Shown here one piece after another: positions 1 to 8,530 of a stretch of DNA of 64,000 bases. Location of the stretch: IMG/VR virus record IMGVR_UViG_3300028783_000001, positions 32,001 through 96,000 of that record. The stretch is one strand, 5' to 3'. The position numbers were made by a program, and so were the translations under genes. The notes below the pieces were generated by a model that did not search any database, was not told the DNA's origin, and saw only the letters and a list, made by a program, of their open reading frames with translations. The stretch's first letter is position 1. Each line of letters starts with the position of its first letter. Source of the DNA: a virus.

Positions 1-267
1 GCTCCTAACAAAGCGCTTGCAACCAAGGGTGCTACTATTCTCTGCACACGCGGAACGTGGAGCGCTGAAGCCGTTCAGGGTAAGGGCGTCATCATCAAGG
101 GCATCGGCTCCAGCAATATTGCTGGACCGTTGGGTTATCTGCGCAACCGACTTGGTGGAACGCCGTTCCTGCGCAAGGCTCGCGTTTACGTCGAGCTTAC
201 GGAAGCTCACGCGGCTCGCGCAGGGTTGACTCTGGCCAAGGACGGAACCTACATGATTGAGGAGTAA
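1..267 (+). CDS. 3' end of a hypothetical protein, truncated by the window edge
   Basis: Frame 1 is open from base 1 (APNKALATKG...DGTYMIEE) to TAA at 265-267 and is followed by a terminator. Confidence 0.7.
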   Translation, partial: APNKALATKGATILCTRGTWSAEAVQGKGVIIKGIGSSNIAGPLGYLRNRLGGTPFLRKARVYVELTEAHAARAGLTLAKDGTYMIEE

Positions 268-280
268 CAACTGAGTAAAG

Positions 281-313
281 AAAAGAGCCGGGCAGATAAT
301 GCCCGGCTCTTTT
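281..313 (+). terminator. Rho-independent terminator, potentially bidirectional
   Basis: AAAAGAGCCGGGCA-gataa-TGCCCGGCTCTTTT perfect 14-bp stem with A/T tracts. Confidence 0.85.
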
Positions 314-338
314 CGCACGTCGAAGTTGGGGAAACATA

Positions 339-524
339 ATGGGCATTCACGAACCGAGCAGCCAGCTGATCAAAGCGGTGGAAGATAGGTATATTCATGA
401 ATGGGATAATGGTCATCAGCCTGAGCTCATACGTTGGATGATCAAGACGATTGATGATGAGCGCCGTCGCGAGCAGGCCGCTCACTCTAAGCGCGCCAAG
501 CCAGCGGCTTGCATTAAATCCTGA
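339..524 (+). CDS. hypothetical protein
   Basis: 61-aa ORF with a GGGGGA SD-like sequence; fills the gap before the ligase RBS. Confidence 0.5.
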   Translation: MGIHEPSSQLIKAVEDRYIHEWDNGHQPELIRWMIKTIDDERRREQAAHSKRAKPAACIKS

Positions 525-537
525 TGGAGGTAGAGAC

Positions 538-2868
538 GTGAAACAGCCGATGCCTGTAAAGACAGGTTCCGCGCGTAAGCTAGTGGCGAAGCCCTTTTTG
601 GCAAAGGTTGTGACCAGGCTCACGCCGAAGCAGGTTGCCGCGCTCGTTCAGTTAGGTGAAAAGGGCGTTGTAGCTCTGCTTCGCAAATACGACGACGCCT
701 ACTACAACAAGGAAGCGCCGTTGGTCGAAGACTCGCGCTACGACGCCATTCGCGAGTGGTTCGCAGAGACCTATCCTCGCAACTCCTACAACGCAAGTGT
801 TGGAGCACCGCTTCCAGCCAAAATTCAAAAGGAAGAGTTGCCCATCATGATGGGCAGCCTCGGCAAGTTGCGGCCGGCAGATGTTGCCGGCTGGATGCGC
901 GACGTCGAGAAGGTAATTCCTCAGCCGCATGGTTGGATGCTTCAGCCGAAGTTTGACGGCAGTAGCGTGCTTCTGAAGTACGTGCCGGGAAAGACGGGGC
1001 TCACGTTGGCGAAGGCGTGGCGTCGCGGCAATGGTGACGTTGGTGGTGATGTTACTGCTACAGCGAGGCTCGTACAAGGCGTGCGCCGTGTATTGAACGC
1101 TGCAAGTAGCGTCGACCCAAAGGGCACCTACCTTGTCCGTGTCGAGGTTGTGATGCACCGCTCAATCTTCGACACCTACTATGGAGCAAACGCGCCGAAG
1201 GCTGCTGAGGACACTGACAAACTCGGTAAGGTATACACCGATCCGAGGTCGCTGTGCAATGGCCTCCTCAATCGCATGGATGCTAAGGCTTCCGCAGTAC
1301 AGCTTGGTCGCTGTACGGCCATCGCCTACTACATATTCCGGTGGAATGGGAAAACCTGGGTTCGTCCCACCAACGCTTCCCAGGAACAGCTCCAGCTAAC
1401 CCAGCTGGGGTTTACGACGGGGATGAATCCCACTCGCTATACTGCTGGGCACTTCAAACTGGCCAAGTGGGCTAAGGATGGTGACCTGCCGATGAGCCGT
1501 ATGCTCCCGGCCCATTCAATCGATGGGAATATCGGAAGCCTGTGCAAGTTTGACAAGACGCCGACGATTGCTGAGATTGTCGAGCGTCTGAACACGATCA
1601 AGCGCTCTATCGACGTTCCAATCGATGGGCTCGTGATCCAGCCAATGCTAAACGCGCCCTTCCAGAAGAAGGGAGACCACTTGGCGAAGCATCCATTCTT
1701 CGTCAAGTCGATCAAGCTAGACGCGCACGAACAAGATCACGTTGATACCAAGGCCGGCGTTATCAACGCCGACATATCCAAGCGTGGGTTGCTGAAGCCC
1801 GTTCTCGAACTGAACCCGCCGGTAATGTTTGGTGGCGTCGAGGTTACAAACGTCACGCTAAACAACTTCGCTCATGTGGTCAAGTGGGGGCTCCGGCCAG
1901 GTAGGCCGGTGCGCATCGTCCGAAGCGGCGACGTCATACCGCGCCTGGTTGCGGTGTTCGACAAGGGCAAGTGGATGCCGCTGCAGCTTCGTAAGACAAC
2001 CAAGATGGGTGACGGCATGGAGGCGTCGCGCATAGTTGCCCTACCAGGGATCAGCGATCCCAAGATTGCAGCGTCGCTGCCGAAGGTGTGTCCCGCGTGC
2101 AAGACGAAGCTCACGTGGACCAAGACGAATGGTAAGCAGATCGACCTCTGCTGTACAAACGTTAAATGCCCCGGTCGCCACGGTCAAGCGGTGGTGAGCT
2201 TCTTCCGCACGCTCGGTATCGAAGACGTAGCGGGCGCGACGATCAACGACATGGTCGCGGACGGCATGAATACGGTTCAGAAGATCCTGCGTGGCGCGAC
2301 CGCTGAGCGCCTCGCGAAGTTGGAAAGGTATGGAGAGAAGAAGGCTAAGACCGTGTCGGTAGCGATTGCTGGAATCCTAAAAAATAAGCCGTTGGCGAAG
2401 GTGATGCACGCGAGCGGCATATTCAGCTCACCGACTTTCTCTATGGGCGAAACAAGGCTGCAAGCAATCGTCGACGGTGTTGGCGCAGGCAAGATTGCCC
2501 GTGAAAGCGACATGATAATCCGTCGTAAGCTGGCGACGCTGAAAGGTCTCGGCCCTTCTGGAATCGATCTCTTCATCCAGAAGCTGGGGGAGTGGCGTAA
2601 GTTTTACGATACGATCAAGGATTTACACACAGAGAGCAGCGGCCCCAAGACGTTGAAGGGCATCACGGCGTGCTTCACCGGGTTCCGCTCACCGGAGATG
2701 GAGGGCTATATCATGTCTCGTGGCGGTCGCGTGGCCGGCATGAGCAAGCTGGTATCAGTTCTTTTTGCAGCATCATCTTCGAAGAAGACGGCCAAGGCTG
2801 ACGAGTATGGAATCCCAGTCGTAACTGAAGGCAAGGCTTGGGAGTGGCTGAAAGAGAGGGGAGGCTAA
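538..2868 (+). CDS. ligA: NAD+-dependent DNA ligase
   Basis: YDDAYYN...DSRYD (domain Ia), adenylation motif QPKFDG, RGNGDVG, PIDGLVI, OB fold (VTLNN, RSGDVIP), CPAC..C..C zinc finger, HhH, C-terminal BRCT (CFTGFRS). Start placed at GTG 538 after GGAGG. Confidence 0.95.
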   Translation: MKQPMPVKTGSARKLVAKPFLAKVVTRLTPKQVAALVQLGEKGVVALLRKYDDAYYNKEAPLVEDSRYDAIREWFAETYPRNSYNASVGAPLPAKIQKEELPIMMGSLGKLRPADVAGWMRDVEKVIPQPHGWMLQPKFDGSSVLLKYVPGKTGLTLAKAWRRGNGDVGGDVTATARLVQGVRRVLNAASSVDPKGTYLVRVEVVMHRSIFDTYYGANAPKAAEDTDKLGKVYTDPRSLCNGLLNRMDAKASAVQLGRCTAIAYYIFRWNGKTWVRPTNASQEQLQLTQLGFTTGMNPTRYTAGHFKLAKWAKDGDLPMSRMLPAHSIDGNIGSLCKFDKTPTIAEIVERLNTIKRSIDVPIDGLVIQPMLNAPFQKKGDHLAKHPFFVKSIKLDAHEQDHVDTKAGVINADISKRGLLKPVLELNPPVMFGGVEVTNVTLNNFAHVVKWGLRPGRPVRIVRSGDVIPRLVAVFDKGKWMPLQLRKTTKMGDGMEASRIVALPGISDPKIAASLPKVCPACKTKLTWTKTNGKQIDLCCTNVKCPGRHGQAVVSFFRTLGIEDVAGATINDMVADGMNTVQKILRGATAERLAKLERYGEKKAKTVSVAIAGILKNKPLAKVMHASGIFSSPTFSMGETRLQAIVDGVGAGKIARESDMIIRRKLATLKGLGPSGIDLFIQKLGEWRKFYDTIKDLHTESSGPKTLKGITACFTGFRSPEMEGYIMSRGGRVAGMSKLVSVLFAASSSKKTAKADEYGIPVVTEGKAWEWLKERGG

Positions 2869-2869
2869 C

Positions 2870-3061
2870 ATGGGTGGTCGATTCTTCTTCTACTACCGTC
2901 ACCGCGGTGTGATGTGTTACTGCTATACCGACGACAACGACAACTACATACCAAGCTGCGTTTGGTGGATAATCCCCGGTCTGGCGGAGATGGATGCCGC
3001 CGCCGAGGATCGGGCCAACCATGAGTGGAAGCGTATGAAGGGAGAGAAGTTATGCGCCTAA
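2870..3061 (+). CDS. hypothetical protein
   Basis: ORF with GGAGG SD directly after the ligase. Confidence 0.55.
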   Translation: MGGRFFFYYRHRGVMCYCYTDDNDNYIPSCVWWIIPGLAEMDAAAEDRANHEWKRMKGEKLCA

Positions 3062-3288
3062 CGCTGAAGAAGGGTGAGAAGGTTGAGATTACGCTAGACG
3101 ATACCGACGGCGTATTCACCTTCACGTATGGAACCGATGGTCCATCGGGAGAACATACGTATTTTGTCCGCGTAGAATGCGACATTCCCGATGACAAGGG
3201 GCGTGAGGGAGTACTCTACGAGGAGACTGGGCCTTCGTTTCGTATTTTTCCGTTCAGTATTTTTCCGTTCAATTGGCGCGGAGAATAA
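3052..3288 (+). CDS. hypothetical protein
   Basis: GGAG SD, tightly packed. Confidence 0.6.
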   Translation: MRLTLKKGEKVEITLDDTDGVFTFTYGTDGPSGEHTYFVRVECDIPDDKGREGVLYEETGPSFRIFPFSIFPFNWRGE

Positions 3289-3290
3289 CA

Positions 3291-3566
3291 ATGTTTGACA
3301 AGGCAAGAATGCTGGTAGGAACGCTGTTAGCGTGGGTTGGCTTTAGGATCATGCCAGCTCCGATGAGCGACATAGCTGCGCTCATGTCGATTCCGATGGA
3401 AATCCTAAACGCGATGGAGCGAGGGCGCACATTTGGAGTCGTGACGATTCCGTGGGGCGAGTTGGAGCCGTCTAAGCGAATGAGCGATGCCGCTACCGAC
3501 GCCCTCAGACAGGAGCGGCATTATATCGAGTCTGAAATTCGGCTACGTGAATCTGGAGAGAAGTGA
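3291..3566 (+). CDS. hypothetical protein with N-terminal hydrophobic segment
   Basis: GGAG SD, ATG 3291, translationally coupled to the next gene. Confidence 0.6.
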   Translation: MFDKARMLVGTLLAWVGFRIMPAPMSDIAALMSIPMEILNAMERGRTFGVVTIPWGELEPSKRMSDAATDALRQERHYIESEIRLRESGEK

Positions 3567-3832
3567 TGAAGCTAATCGTTCAAGAGCCTACTAATACGCC
3601 GCAGCGCAGGGTCTGGATAATCTCCCCAGAAGAGCTGAAGGGCATTCTCATCGACGCCATCGATAAGGACGGTCGCCTGTTTGGCGACTGCGACGATCAC
3701 TCCAACATCAAGGTGAGCGCGCTATCAGGCGCATATGGAGAGCTACTCCGGGTTCAGGTAATCGCTGATGACGTCAACCTTGACTGGGTAGATGTTAAAC
3801 CTGTACCACGCTCGTTTCATGGACTAGGCTAA
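3563..3832 (+). CDS. hypothetical protein
   Basis: GTGA overlap with the upstream gene. Confidence 0.6.
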   Translation: MMKLIVQEPTNTPQRRVWIISPEELKGILIDAIDKDGRLFGDCDDHSNIKVSALSGAYGELLRVQVIADDVNLDWVDVKPVPRSFHGLG

Positions 3833-4015
3833 ACTTCAGCTGGAGGGAGATAGATGTTGACTGAAGCTTTATGGCAGCTATTAGGCGTAGTAGTATTCTT
3901 TCTCCTAGCAGTAGTAGTGCTGAAAATCGGAGATAGGAAATGAGCGCGCTATCAGGCGCATATGGAGAGCTACTCCGGGTTCAGGTAATCGCTGATGACG
4001 TCAACCTTGACTGGG
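3714..4015. repeat. 75-bp perfect direct repeat (3714-3788 and 3941-4015)
   Basis: TGAGCGCGCTATCAGGCGCATATGG...CAACCTTGACTGGG occurs twice, 227 bp apart. Confidence 0.95.
3854..3943 (+). CDS. 29-aa single-TM peptide (MLTEALWQLLGVVVFFLLAVVVLKIGDRK)
   Basis: GGAGG SD; below the ORF-track cutoff; lies between the two repeat copies. Confidence 0.55.
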   Translation: MLTEALWQLLGVVVFFLLAVVVLKIGDRK

Positions 4016-4037
4016 CCGAGGTAAAGGGAGGGAGTAA

Positions 4038-4301
4038 ATGAAGATTATCAAGCTGAGAAGCAATCGAACCGAGAGGTTTATCTGGATTCCCATCTCAGAG
4101 GTTGGGGTATTTTACGGCACCTCGCCGCGAGGCGAATCTGTCTCGACGACAATTCACTCCCGCAATGACGATTTCACCGTACGGGAGACCCCAGAGCAGA
4201 TCATCTTGCTGATAGCCAGAGCGGCCGATTACGACCGCACCACTGTGGTCGTCAGTATCGACGTTGGTGACGGAAGTGAGATAAAGGTAGACTGCTATTG
4301 A
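4038..4301 (+). CDS. FlbD/SwrD-like small protein
   Basis: MKIIKL...TTI...FTVRETPEQI pattern resembles the FlbD family. Confidence 0.45.
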   Translation: MKIIKLRSNRTERFIWIPISEVGVFYGTSPRGESVSTTIHSRNDDFTVRETPEQIILLIARAADYDRTTVVVSIDVGDGSEIKVDCY

Positions 4302-4308
4302 TGAGTAA

Positions 4309-4791
4309 ATGGGCGGTAGGAGATTCAATATGAAAAGCATACGGCAAACGTTGGTCGACCAATATCGAAAGATTGATCCATCGCTGTCCGAGCGTGACGC
4401 CAACAATCGAGTTACCGACTTTGGCATAATCACGGGTACGGCAAACGAGCGGCAGAAGCGCTTTCTGAGCCTGGTTTCCGACGCGGCAAACCTAGCGCTA
4501 GCCGAGCGTGTTGTGCAGGCGATGCAGCAGATCATGCCTCCTGAGCGCATCTACTCACGTGATCTTGCGGTTTTGATGTTGATCATCATTAACATCATGC
4601 TCAAGGTGGAGGACGATAAGCAAGACACCTTCCTGGAGGATTATTTCCAGGCGACATCAATGATGCTGCGCCTCTCTCGGTTGGAGGATGACAAGCCAAT
4701 CGATCCTGGCGTAGAGGAGCGAGCCCACAAGGCTGCGTCCGACATGGACGATATCCTGAAGTGGTTTCCTCACGCCAAGGCCGATGAGTAA
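4309..4791 (+). CDS. hypothetical protein (start may be ATG 4330)
   Basis: Long ORF with AGGAG SD before ATG 4330. Confidence 0.65.
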   Translation: MGGRRFNMKSIRQTLVDQYRKIDPSLSERDANNRVTDFGIITGTANERQKRFLSLVSDAANLALAERVVQAMQQIMPPERIYSRDLAVLMLIIINIMLKVEDDKQDTFLEDYFQATSMMLRLSRLEDDKPIDPGVEERAHKAASDMDDILKWFPHAKADE

Positions 4792-4794
4792 ATA
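4785..4794 (+). promoter_or_regulatory. TGAGTAAATA motif (putative phage promoter), first exact copy
   Basis: Exact copies at 4785, 5083, 6391, 9238, 12907, 15336, 27916, 40422 and 41901, all at gene ends or in intergenic gaps on the coding strand. Confidence 0.65.
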
Positions 4795-4884
4795 ACCAAA
4801 GCAAAGGGCTGTGGCGCGGGTTAACATGTCGCGGGCGGCAGAGGTAATACGCATAACTGAGGAGAGTAAATAGGGAGGGTAGTC

Positions 4885-5085
4885 ATGACCTACGCTCAAG
4901 CGGAGCAAACCGTGTTTGCGAAGTTTAAGGAGATTGTAACTGAGCCGGTCAGCAAGTATGGATTCGGCGACGTAGGCGACGTGCTCATAGAGTTTTTGTG
5001 CGGACGCATTGGCCCGCGCGACGCCATTGAGCAAATGGAAGAGTTGCGACAGTTTTACGCCCGGAGAGGATTCTTACCGGACTGA
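4885..5085 (+). CDS. hypothetical protein
   Basis: GGGAGG SD, downstream of AGAGTAAATA (4863). Confidence 0.6.
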   Translation: MTYAQAEQTVFAKFKEIVTEPVSKYGFGDVGDVLIEFLCGRIGPRDAIEQMEELRQFYARRGFLPD

Positions 5086-5166
5086 GTAAATAAACTCGCG
5101 TAAGAGATTCGGCACGGGAACCGGCCCGACCGTGCTGCATATACCAGGGTCATAGCAAAGGGAAAA

Positions 5167-5631
5167 ATGAACATGGGTTTCTTTGACAACTTCTTCGGTA
5201 GCGCGAAACGCACTATCGCAGTCTACACCAACGACTACACCTTCCTGCATGCGGCTACCGCTGCTGCAGCGTTGGTCATCAATGCCGACGGCGTGGTCGA
5301 GAAGGCCGAGGTCGATTCGGCCCTGGAGGGTTTGCTCAACAATGAGATTCTCAAGGGCTCGTTTAAGAGCCTGGAGATTTCATCGTCGCTGACGGAGGCC
5401 ATCGGCCGGTCAAAGACTCGCTCCGGCAAGGTGGTTCTGAACCGTCAGCTGGAAGACCTCGCGGATCGTCCCGAAACGCAGCGCCAGGACGTGTTCCTGA
5501 TCGCCGCCGACGTTGGTGATACTGACAAGGAAACTGACGACCAACCCGGTATCGGCACCGCCGAACTAGCCGTTTTGAACGCCGTCGGCAAGCTGCTCGG
5601 CCTCGACGCTAACAAGCTTCTCGCTGCCTAA
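5167..5631 (+). CDS. terB: Tellurite resistance TerB family protein
   Basis: FLHAATAAAALVINADGVVEKAE...IAADVGD...GIGTAELAVL..VGKLLGL TerB pattern. Confidence 0.85.
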   Translation: MNMGFFDNFFGSAKRTIAVYTNDYTFLHAATAAAALVINADGVVEKAEVDSALEGLLNNEILKGSFKSLEISSSLTEAIGRSKTRSGKVVLNRQLEDLADRPETQRQDVFLIAADVGDTDKETDDQPGIGTAELAVLNAVGKLLGLDANKLLAA

Positions 5632-5645
5632 CAGGGAGTGAGGTA

Positions 5646-5750
5646 GGGAGTCGAGCGGCGTTGGTGATGGCGTCTCATTTAGGTGAGCGTGAGCCTTGAG
5701 TGATCGGGTTTTATGGTGCCGCTCGACTTTCCTTAAACTGGAGACGCCTT
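5646..5750 (+). promoter_or_regulatory. Structured 5' leader of terC (riboswitch-like)
   Basis: About 15-bp stem (5646-5660 with 5717-5731); loop segment GGCGTCTC (5669-5676) is complementary to GAGACGCC (5741-5748), which overlaps the SD. Confidence 0.45.
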
Positions 5751-6401
5751 ATGTTCCACACTCTAATGCTACTCATCGCAATCGTTTGGATTAACCTACT
5801 GTTATCTGGTGACAACGCGATCGTCATAAGCATGGCGTGCAGGAATATTCCTCTAGAGCAGCGGAGGGTGGGGATTGGTATTGGCGCTGGCGTCGCCGTT
5901 GCCCTACGACTCGTGCTCCTGTTCGCGGCGTCGTGGGTCCTACTTGTTCCAGGAGTTAAGTTGGCTTGTGGAGCCTTCCTCTTCTGGGTGGCGCTTGGTA
6001 TGCTACCCACGGGCGTTGAGGAACCTGTAGATGTATCGAAGGCACCTGGCAAGCTGCTAGCTGCGGTATGGACGGTGGCCATCGCAGACGTTACGATGAG
6101 CACCGACAACGTCGCTGCCGTCGCAGCAATCGCCAGCGGCAATTACACGCTGCTGGTGATCGGCATGCTGATCAGCATTCCGTTTGTCGTGATTGGCGCA
6201 ACGCTAATCTCGAAGGTGCTGGAGTTGTTTCCGATAATGGTTGTCGCTGGTGCAGCCCTTCTGGGCTACCTTGCGGCGACTACACTAGCGAGCGATCCGC
6301 TCGTCGCCATACCTTCTCCGTACTCAGTATTTAGCGGACTGGTAATCGCGGCAATCTTCGCAATGCTTGGCTTCCACCGACAATTGGTGCTGAGTAAATA
6401 G
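5751..6401 (+). CDS. terC: TerC/YjbE family integral membrane protein
   Basis: INLLLSGDNAIVI and ADVTMSTDNVAAVAA TerC motifs, multiple TM segments; start ATG 5751 after GGAG. Confidence 0.9.
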   Translation: MFHTLMLLIAIVWINLLLSGDNAIVISMACRNIPLEQRRVGIGIGAGVAVALRLVLLFAASWVLLVPGVKLACGAFLFWVALGMLPTGVEEPVDVSKAPGKLLAAVWTVAIADVTMSTDNVAAVAAIASGNYTLLVIGMLISIPFVVIGATLISKVLELFPIMVVAGAALLGYLAATTLASDPLVAIPSPYSVFSGLVIAAIFAMLGFHRQLVLSK

Positions 6402-6480
6402 GGGTTCTAGAATTAGTCGCAGGGATGACCCTACCTGGACTGATACGTCAACAGGGTCATTACGAAAAAGGGAATGTAAC

Positions 6481-6882
6481 ATGACTGGCAAGAATCACAG
6501 CAACGATCACGTCGCTCCTCCGGCCACCACCGAGACTCCGGTGACGGAAACTCCGGTCGAGGTCGTGCAGACGGCACAGACCGAAACGCAGCCGACGGCT
6601 GAGGCAACCACAACCGAGGTTCCGGTTACTGGTCCGGTGCCGGACGAAACGATTGCCCAGGCGACGGCTGAGACGATTAAGGTCACGCTGATTGGCGCGC
6701 TCGATGCGCTCTATGAGGGACCTGCCGGCAAGACTCTCAAGGACATGATCCCTGAGCTCGCCGGCACGAAGAAGTATCAGGCGCGCGAAATCATCGACGG
6801 CAAGGCGAAGATGATCAGCCAAGTCGTTCCTTGGATGCACTCTGCCACGATCAAGACGGTTGAGCACGCAGTTCACGGGTAG
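6481..6882 (+). CDS. Ubiquitin-like (ThiS/MoaD-type beta-grasp) protein with a Thr/Glu/Pro-rich disordered N-terminus, ending in Gly
   Basis: C-terminal ~70 aa IKVTLIG...PAGKTLKDMI...IIDGK...TIKTVEHAVHG* fits the beta-grasp pattern; lies upstream of E2-like and E1 genes. Confidence 0.6.
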   Translation: MTGKNHSNDHVAPPATTETPVTETPVEVVQTAQTETQPTAEATTTEVPVTGPVPDETIAQATAETIKVTLIGALDALYEGPAGKTLKDMIPELAGTKKYQAREIIDGKAKMISQVVPWMHSATIKTVEHAVHG

Positions 6883-6909
6883 TCGTGATTGCAATTAGGT
6901 AAGTAGCGT

Positions 6910-6943
6910 AGCGTCGTGGGATTCTGTCCCACGACGCTTTCAT
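6910..6943 (+). terminator. 12-bp hairpin with a short T tract (weak terminator or processing site)
   Basis: AGCGTCGTGGGA-ttctg-TCCCACGACGCT-TTCAT. Confidence 0.6.
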
Positions 6944-6961
6944 CGTTTCAAGGGGAACACC

Positions 6962-8473
6962 ATGGCTACTAGAAAACCAAGAGCTGCCGCCGCCGCACTC
7001 GAGATACCGCTCTACTTTAGAGATGGCTCGCTTAGAGTTCTTTCTGCAGAAAGAATTTGTGAGAGGGATAGGCCCGAATTTTTGATGATCATGAGTGCCC
7101 TCGGTATCGCGCCGATGAGCTACGAGAGTGCACAGAAGCTAATGGGTAGCGACGAAGATTCTGATGATGCAGCCCACTATAAGTCTAAGCGGCGTAAGCC
7201 AAAGCAGGAAGCTACCCTCGGTGATATCCTTGCACGCGCCCTAAACTCTAGTGATGGTACAGGTTCGGGTGGTGTAGAAGACACGACCGCAATCGTCGTG
7301 GACATCGCAAACGCGGCGACTTCTAAGCCAGTCAAGGTTGAAAAGCCTAGCGCCTACTATCCCGTATATCGATTTCATCGTGAGGCAATAAACCTCTCAT
7401 ATAGCCATATGGAGATTCTTAACTGTAACTTCGTGAAAGACTTAATCGCAAACGGTACCTACCTAATCCATACTCATGACAGGTACATTCGCGCAACGAC
7501 TCTTGAGGAGATTTCCGACGTCGAGACGCTTACACGGCTATCGCAGAAGATCTTTGACTGCAACCGCAGCTTCGATATGAAGCGCTACGACTACCTCCGC
7601 ACGCTAGTGTTTACGAGCGTCGTGGTTGATGGGGTTCACTGTAACAAGCGTCCCTTGGAGCTGCCAGCTGGCTGGCGTATTATTCCTGCATCTGAGATTG
7701 GGGATAAGCACGCTGATGATGTCCTATACGTCAACGTGGGTGGTCGTACCCTCTACTTTGCTGGCCTCAGATCGCGTTCACAGGCCAGAGCCATGATTAC
7801 CGATATCGTGCTAAACCATAATATCAGGTCGGAAGAGTTTGCGGCCATATGGGCCGGTGAAACGCTAAAGTCGATAGCGGACGAGCTGGCGTCTGCCGTA
7901 TGGCGTAGGAAAGACTATCTGCAGAAGATGCAGATAGAGGTAATATCAGAATCGCGCCTCAAAAAGATGCACGACATGTTGAAGACGGGTGGTTCAGCAT
8001 GGGTTACCAGCATGGTCGAGCAGCTGATGAACGCCGGGTTTGCGAGCAGTAGGTTCGTAGCCGCCGGCATCATCATGACCACGGGGGACATGTACATAAA
8101 TATCGGCGATCACGAGACTGAGCGAGAGACTCGTTATATCGGAAAGTATGAGGTCATTCTGGGAATGTCCAAGTCGGTGGCAATTCGCAATATCGCCAGC
8201 CCACGGAAGGGAGTTAATCACCCGGTGTTCGACGACGACAATTGCCTCGGTGGGTTTGGTGAGATCCTCACGAGGTGCTTCAGGACCGACGACTACCTAA
8301 CGCTTGGCCTATCGATCCTGGCAATGATCCAGCACTTCAATCCAAGCTATCTGGAAAATTTCAAGGAGTGGCCTTCGGAGATTCCTGCCGAGACATACGT
8401 GTGTAAGATACACACGCTTTACGGTGAAAGCGTTGAAGATTATAGTGGTGATGAAGAGGAAGACGAGGGGTGA
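6962..8473 (+). CDS. Large protein with a C-terminal prokaryotic E2/UBC-like domain
   Basis: IGKYEVIL...IRN...NHPVFDDDNCLGGF (His-Pro...Cys428-Leu-Gly) followed by helices; unknown N-terminal ~350 aa. Confidence 0.6.
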   Translation: MATRKPRAAAAALEIPLYFRDGSLRVLSAERICERDRPEFLMIMSALGIAPMSYESAQKLMGSDEDSDDAAHYKSKRRKPKQEATLGDILARALNSSDGTGSGGVEDTTAIVVDIANAATSKPVKVEKPSAYYPVYRFHREAINLSYSHMEILNCNFVKDLIANGTYLIHTHDRYIRATTLEEISDVETLTRLSQKIFDCNRSFDMKRYDYLRTLVFTSVVVDGVHCNKRPLELPAGWRIIPASEIGDKHADDVLYVNVGGRTLYFAGLRSRSQARAMITDIVLNHNIRSEEFAAIWAGETLKSIADELASAVWRRKDYLQKMQIEVISESRLKKMHDMLKTGGSAWVTSMVEQLMNAGFASSRFVAAGIIMTTGDMYINIGDHETERETRYIGKYEVILGMSKSVAIRNIASPRKGVNHPVFDDDNCLGGFGEILTRCFRTDDYLTLGLSILAMIQHFNPSYLENFKEWPSEIPAETYVCKIHTLYGESVEDYSGDEEEDEG

Positions 8474-8485
8474 TAGGGGCTCATG

Positions 8486-8511
8486 AGCCGTGTGGGACGT
8501 CCCACACGGCT
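8486..8511. repeat. 26-bp perfect palindrome between the E2-like and E1 genes
   Basis: AGCCGTGTGGGACGTCCCACACGGCT; no U tract follows. Confidence 0.9.
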
Positions 8512-8530
8512 AGACTCATAGGGAAACGAC

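Noticed and set aside
451-537. Ligase N-terminal extension from the ORF track
   Set aside because: It overlaps ORF 339-524, and GGAGG at 526-530 points to GTG 538.
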